From Alphaproteobacteria bacterium (GTDB lineage Bacteria > Pseudomonadota > Alphaproteobacteria > RF32 > CAG-239): a DNA stretch of 64,000 nt. The notes beneath the pieces are model-generated. The model did not search any database, was not told where the DNA came from, and saw nothing but the letters and a program-made list of their open reading frames with translations. Shown in pieces: positions 59,502-64,000 of this stretch (within the stretch, counting starts at the first letter, position 1; every line of letters starts with the position of its first letter). The stretch is taken from NCBI GenBank assembly GCA_017935485.1, contig JAGBHO010000047.1, positions 2,285 through 66,284 of the forward strand, written 5' to 3'. The position numbers and the translations under genes were made by a program.

Positions 59502-60440
59502 ATGAAAATTTCAGTTATTATTCCCGTTTATAATGTGGAAAAATATTTACAAAAGTGCTTGGAAAGTATTGTAAATCAAACATTTTGTGATTGGGAACTG
59601 ATTGCGGTCAATGACGGCAGTTCGGACAAAAGCGCCGATATTCTGAGGCAATATGCCGAACACGATACGCGCATAAAAGTAATAAACCAGCAGAACAGCG
59701 GCGTTAGTGCGGCTAGAAATGCCGGATTGGAGGCCGCAAAAGGCGATTTTGTCTGCTTTATTGATTCTGATGATTATGTTCATCCGCAAATGCTGGAATT
59801 GTTATTGGGCGCAGCGGAGAAGGAAAATGCCGATGTTGCAATTGCGTCCTTTTGCGGAGAAGGGGAACTTTTTGCCGGAATGTATCAGCCAAGTGAAATT
59901 GAGCAGGAATGCGGCGCTGCCGATGCCGGATATTATCTGCAAAATGTACATAAGCTGAATTACAGCGTTTATCCCAAGTTGATAAAACGTGAGTTGATCG
60001 GCAATGTGCGCTTTGGTGACTGGTCTTGTGCCGAGGATTGGGGCTTTAACCTTGAACTGGCGATTAAAGGGTTTTGTTATGTGAAGCTGTTTGTGCCTTT
60101 GTATGTCTATGTGATGAATGATTCTTCAATATCGCATTCGCCGTTCAGCCGGAAGAAACTTGAAAGTTATTGTGCCGAGGCGGAATATTTTTATGAAAAA
60201 TATCATGATGATAAATCATTTGCGGTGTTGCGGGAGTATCTTTTCCGGAGGCTGATCCTGATGACAATCGGAGAAGCCCGAAAGCCCCAGAGCCGGTCGG
60301 AAAGACGCAAGCTGCGCCGGGAATATGCGCCCAGGCTATTGAGGCTTTACAAAAGCGGCGTGTTTGATATGCGTCAATTTTTGCTGCGGCAGAAAATCAA
60401 GTTTTGGCTTTTTGTGTTTCGGGGTATGTTGAAAATATAA
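59502..60440 (+). CDS. Family-2 glycosyltransferase
   Basis: 312 aa; ISVIIPVYN...DSDD. Confidence 0.75.
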   Translation: MKISVIIPVYNVEKYLQKCLESIVNQTFCDWELIAVNDGSSDKSADILRQYAEHDTRIKVINQQNSGVSAARNAGLEAAKGDFVCFIDSDDYVHPQMLELLLGAAEKENADVAIASFCGEGELFAGMYQPSEIEQECGAADAGYYLQNVHKLNYSVYPKLIKRELIGNVRFGDWSCAEDWGFNLELAIKGFCYVKLFVPLYVYVMNDSSISHSPFSRKKLESYCAEAEYFYEKYHDDKSFAVLREYLFRRLILMTIGEARKPQSRSERRKLRREYAPRLLRLYKSGVFDMRQFLLRQKIKFWLFVFRGMLKI

Positions 60441-60505
60441 GAATGGTTTGACTTGCGATTAAAGGTAGTGTAGTTTTTTCTTGTCTTTATTGAGAGGAAG
60501 AACTT

Positions 60506-61393
60506 ATGAAGAAAATTTTGTCGTTGTTTAAATATTGGCACCTTTGTTTTAATAATCTGATTATCCGCTTATTTTTATGGAAGAAAATGCATAGGAAAAA
60601 GCATTATCTGTCCGTTTGTTCGATTTTTAAAAATGAGGGCAAATATATGAAAGAATGGCTTGATTTTCATCTGATTGTCGGGTTTGAACATTTTTATCTT
60701 TATAATAACTTTTCCTCAGACAATTATCGGGAAGTTTTGAAGCCTTATATTGAAAAGGGGCTTGTGACGCTGATTGACTGGCCTTATCAGCACGGGCAAA
60801 TGGCGGCTTATAACGATTGCGTCGACAAGTTTAAAAACGAGAGCAACTGGATTGCTTTTATGGATTTGGACGAGTTTGCCGTACCGTTGGCGTATGATGA
60901 TGTGAAAGCTTGGCTGAAAAATTATGAAAAATTTCCTTGTGTGTTGGGCTTTTTCAAAGACTTTTCTTCGTCCGGCCGGATGAAAGACGATGAGAGCAAG
61001 CCGGTTATTGAACAGTTTGTCGTTTGTTCCGATTTTGTTTCTCCGTCCATGTTTTTGAATACGGCATGGGCAGGAAGAATAAAAGAATTCCGGCTTTCTC
61101 ATTTTTGCCGGTTTAAATTTTTTAATAAGGTCTGTCCGGAAAATGCCGGTTTTTTGTGCCGCTGGCATGAGCAGCCCAGAAAGCTGGATTTTCAGTTTAA
61201 TCATTATCACAGCAAGAGTTTTGATTATTACGTCAGCAAGAAAATTCCGGGCGGGGATGTCTTCAGCGCGCAGAACAGTTATTCCCTGAACCATTTTTAT
61301 AAAAACGAGCAAAAATGCGGCAAAGTTGATTACAACGCTTACCGCTATCTGATTAAGCTGAAAAATTTTAATTTAGACGATTATCAGGCTTAA
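60506..61393 (+). CDS. Glycosyltransferase-like protein (GT92/DUF23-like)
   Basis: 295 aa; SVCSIFKNEGKYMKEWLDFH pattern. Confidence 0.5.
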   Translation: MKKILSLFKYWHLCFNNLIIRLFLWKKMHRKKHYLSVCSIFKNEGKYMKEWLDFHLIVGFEHFYLYNNFSSDNYREVLKPYIEKGLVTLIDWPYQHGQMAAYNDCVDKFKNESNWIAFMDLDEFAVPLAYDDVKAWLKNYEKFPCVLGFFKDFSSSGRMKDDESKPVIEQFVVCSDFVSPSMFLNTAWAGRIKEFRLSHFCRFKFFNKVCPENAGFLCRWHEQPRKLDFQFNHYHSKSFDYYVSKKIPGGDVFSAQNSYSLNHFYKNEQKCGKVDYNAYRYLIKLKNFNLDDYQA

Positions 61394-61761
61394 TTGCACT
61401 TTTTGCTTTGTTTAAGAATGTAGTAATCGGCCAGAGGACCGGTGATGGATTTCTGATCCATATCAAGGCGCCGGATTTGCCCGTTTTCAATTTTATAATA
61501 AGATTTTTCGCCGGCGGCTGAAGCCAGCTCCATGATATTGTCGGTGATGCGGTATTTTCCGGTCTCAATAAAGGTTCCGTCGTCTTTGTCAATGTAAACC
61601 AGTTCTTCGGTGTAAGAATGGTCTTGGCCAAAGGTTATGGTGGTGGCGATTCCGGGACCGTCGGCCGCGGGCAGGGTTCCCTGATAGGTTCCGCAGATTT
61701 CTTTGTCGGCGGAACAACTGCAGAGCAGGGCGAGAGAGAATATTACGGCAATAGTTTTCAT
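61390..61761 (-). CDS. Lipoprotein with NlpE N-terminal-domain-like sequence
   Basis: Start MKTIAV, lipobox LCSCS; CGTYQGTLPAADGPGIATTITF resembles the NlpE N-domain. Confidence 0.45.
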   Translation of the reverse strand: MKTIAVIFSLALLCSCSADKEICGTYQGTLPAADGPGIATTITFGQDHSYTEELVYIDKDDGTFIETGKYRITDNIMELASAAGEKSYYKIENGQIRRLDMDQKSITGPLADYYILKQSKKCN

Positions 61762-61871
61762 GTTTTTTCTCCTTTGGCATTGCATATAATCTTTTTTGTA
61801 GTGTTTTTAAGTTAAGAAACTCATAAATTTTTAAGAAACCGTGCTGTATTTTATGTTTGGAGGAAGCGAAG

Positions 61872-62249
61872 ATGAATTTTAAATTTGCGCATTTTAATTT
61901 TAATGTCATGAGTATTGAAAACAGTAAAAAGTTTTATGATGAGGCCTTGGGGCTGAAAGAGTTTCACCGCATTGAAGATCCGGACGGAGAATATCTGATT
62001 GTGTATTTGCAGGACGGAAAGACCGGTTTTGAGCTCGAACTGACAGAGCTGAAAAGTCATCCGCAGAAATATGATTTGGGTGAAGCCGAGTTTCATCTGG
62101 CTTTGGAGGTTGACGATTTTGACGGCGCTTTTGCCAAACATCAGAAAATGGGCTGCGTTTGTTTGGTGAATGAGGCAATGGGGATTTATTTTATTGAAGA
62201 TCCGGACGGGTATTGGATTGAGATTATTCCCAAAAAGCACGTGATGTAA
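61872..62249 (+). CDS. VOC/glyoxalase-family protein (lactoylglutathione-lyase-like)
   Basis: Start MNFKFAHFNF with GGAGGAAG SD; paired beta-alpha-beta-beta-beta modules. Confidence 0.65.
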   Translation: MNFKFAHFNFNVMSIENSKKFYDEALGLKEFHRIEDPDGEYLIVYLQDGKTGFELELTELKSHPQKYDLGEAEFHLALEVDDFDGAFAKHQKMGCVCLVNEAMGIYFIEDPDGYWIEIIPKKHVM

Positions 62250-62298
62250 AAGCCAGGCTGCAAGGGACTGTTTTTTTAGAGAAATTTTGTCAAAATCA

Positions 62299-62327
62299 TT
62301 GACAAATGTGTTTCGCGGGCGTATTAT
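62299..62327 (+). promoter_or_regulatory. Consensus sigma70-type promoter TTGACA-17-TATTAT upstream of the 3-prime-terminal ORF
   Basis: -35 at 62299-62304, -10 at 62322-62327. Confidence 0.45.
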
Positions 62328-62363
62328 CCGAAATCATTTTAACATATTTGGTTTTTGACAAGC

Positions 62364-64000
62364 GATGATTATTGCAAATTTTGCGGAATACATCATGGCT
62401 GTTCGTCCCCTTTTCTCAAAAGAAACAATGACGTTTTTGCGGGAATATGTGAACAGGGCAGCTAATGTCTCCGAGGTATCCGTACAAGAAAAAATCCGGC
62501 TGCAGAAAGAAATTTTTGCCGTCCGCCGGTCGATTTTAAAATTGAGAGAAGAAATCAAAAATTCCCGCGACAAGTTTTCGGCCAGTGAAAAAATCGGCGA
62601 ACTTAAGGCAGAAAAATCCAAACTAGCCGGAAAGCTAAAAAAATTGTCGGAGCAAAATCCGTTTTTGAAACTGAATACGGAAGAAAAATCCGCGTTGTGC
62701 CTTTCTGTTCTTTTGCAAAAATATCTGACCAATGAGCTCGAAATTCATCCGGAATTGTTGTATGGGCGCAACGAAAAGGGGGCTGTTACGGTAAATGTGG
62801 AAGCGCTGAGAAGTTCCGAGCTTTTCAGACAGGTTCAGCATATACATGATTATGTGACGGCGTATATCGGCAATCATGCGGAAAAGGTGATTTCTCCGGG
62901 GTATTTTATTACACTGCTCGGCAATAACAAAAATTGGCAGAACCTGTATGATACGGCTGAGACATATTTTGAAAAACAGCGTCAGGCGGCAGCTAAAAAT
63001 CCGGAGATGCAGAATAAAATCAAAGCAAGCCGTGAGGGTGTGGAAGTTGTCAAAACTTATCCCGAGAGCGGATTGCAGGCCGTGCGGCTTTTGACCAAAG
63101 AAGCCCTTAACTATGAGGGCAAAGAAATGGGGCATTGCATTGGCGGCGGCAGTTATGACAAATATTTGGAAGACGGCAGCAGGCAGTATTATTCCATTCG
63201 TGAACTTTCTGCCGGCGGAGAGTGGAAGCCGCATGTGACTTTTGAGTGCGAAAAAGATAAAATTCGGCAATGCAAAGGCAAGGCAGACAAAGCCGTTATC
63301 GGGCGCTATCTGAAAGAGGCGCGGGATTTTGCCGCTCAGATTATCGGCCGACATAAGCTTTCTTCTGTTAAAAAAGACAAGCTCGGGGACTGGAAAAATC
63401 TCGGATATACGTCTGATAAGGCCGGAAATATTTGGGATTTGCATGGCAAAGAAGAAATTATTGATGCCGAGTTTTCGTCTTTGTATGTTGAATGTGAGGA
63501 TTTAGCCAATTGGCCGATTTTAAAGAATGTAAAAGTTGAGGAGTTGCAGTTAAATGGTGTTGTTGACGGCGGAGTCTGGAACAGGGTTTGCGAATTTTCG
63601 GAAATCGGTACACTGAATCTGAACGGGGTGCAGATTGCCGGCGAAACGAAGATTGATTTGCTCAGGAAACAGGAGACTGCTTCGTATCAGAAGGTTCTTT
63701 TGTCGGGGACGTTTTTGAAGCATGTCCGGTCTTTTGAGGGGTGCCGGATCGGCAATTTGAGAATTGTCGGAAAGGTGGATGAAGCCGGGCTGGCTAAGCT
63801 TAACAAGGCATTGAGCGTTAGTAAAATAAGTTTTGACCGGGTTGAGTTTGAAAATGTCAGGAAAGTTGATTTGTCTGATTGTTTATTGCTGCCGGAAGAC
63901 GAACGGACTGACAGAGAAAGAACAAAGGAAGACGGAATTTTTAAGATTAATTTTGATATTGAGGCCGAACTAAAAAAGTGCGGACATGTCGTGATGGAAG
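62364..64000 (+). CDS. Long ORF truncated by the window end (at least 545 aa), PcfJ-like N-terminal region followed by leucine-rich-repeat-like segments; absent from the ORF track
   Basis: Manual translation open from ATG 62364 to the window edge with an upstream in-frame TGA; GHCIGGGSY...YYSIRE resembles PcfJ-family proteins. Confidence 0.5.

Noticed and set aside
62635-63444. 269-aa minus-strand ORF (and 62334-62732)
   Set aside because: Antisense to a longer, promoter-equipped plus-strand ORF that runs off the window; the plus-strand frame shows protein-like motifs.

Overview
This 64-kb window looks like chromosome of a low-to-mid GC diderm anaerobe; taxon not determinable from sequence alone. 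Housekeeping genes (mgtE, lspA, two M16 peptidases, pgi, mutL, recA, fabI, sppA, gatCAB, lon, hupB, lpxK, waaA, msrA, hisS) are interrupted by three accessory stretches. (1) Next to tRNA-Ser(GCU), a type II-C-like CRISPR-Cas locus: cas9 and cas2 on the minus strand, a 19-repeat/18-spacer array, a predicted divergent tracrRNA with an anti-repeat and terminator upstream of cas9, and an intact cas1 that sits inverted on the far side of the array beside an ASCH-domain gene and a bitopic membrane protein. (2) Downstream of tRNA-Val(UAC), a tRNA-like remnant bounded by inverted repeats, then a type-A chloramphenicol acetyltransferase, a GNAT gene, a TraR/DksA zinc-finger gene and a serine recombinase. 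Immediately after the recombinase, perfect 23-bp inverted repeats bracket a 130-bp promoter-bearing segment (a candidate invertible promoter) in front of (3) a large surface-glycan locus: GT2, rmlACDB, an RgpF-like rhamnosyltransferase, and several GT2/GT4/DUF23 glycosyltransferases. Inside that locus is a low-GC cassette with a G10 tract plus an in-frame TAA in a GT2 pseudogene, a G9 tract in an acetyltransferase, and a radical-SAM gene; hydG with a TM1266-like gene is embedded further along. Other points: a possible Mg riboswitch leader before mgtE, a 126-bp tandem repeat between gatC and gatA, two small hydrophobic ORFs below the ORF-track threshold, and a long plus-strand ORF running off the window end that the track omits. 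All family assignments rest on motif-level reading of the translations, not database searches.
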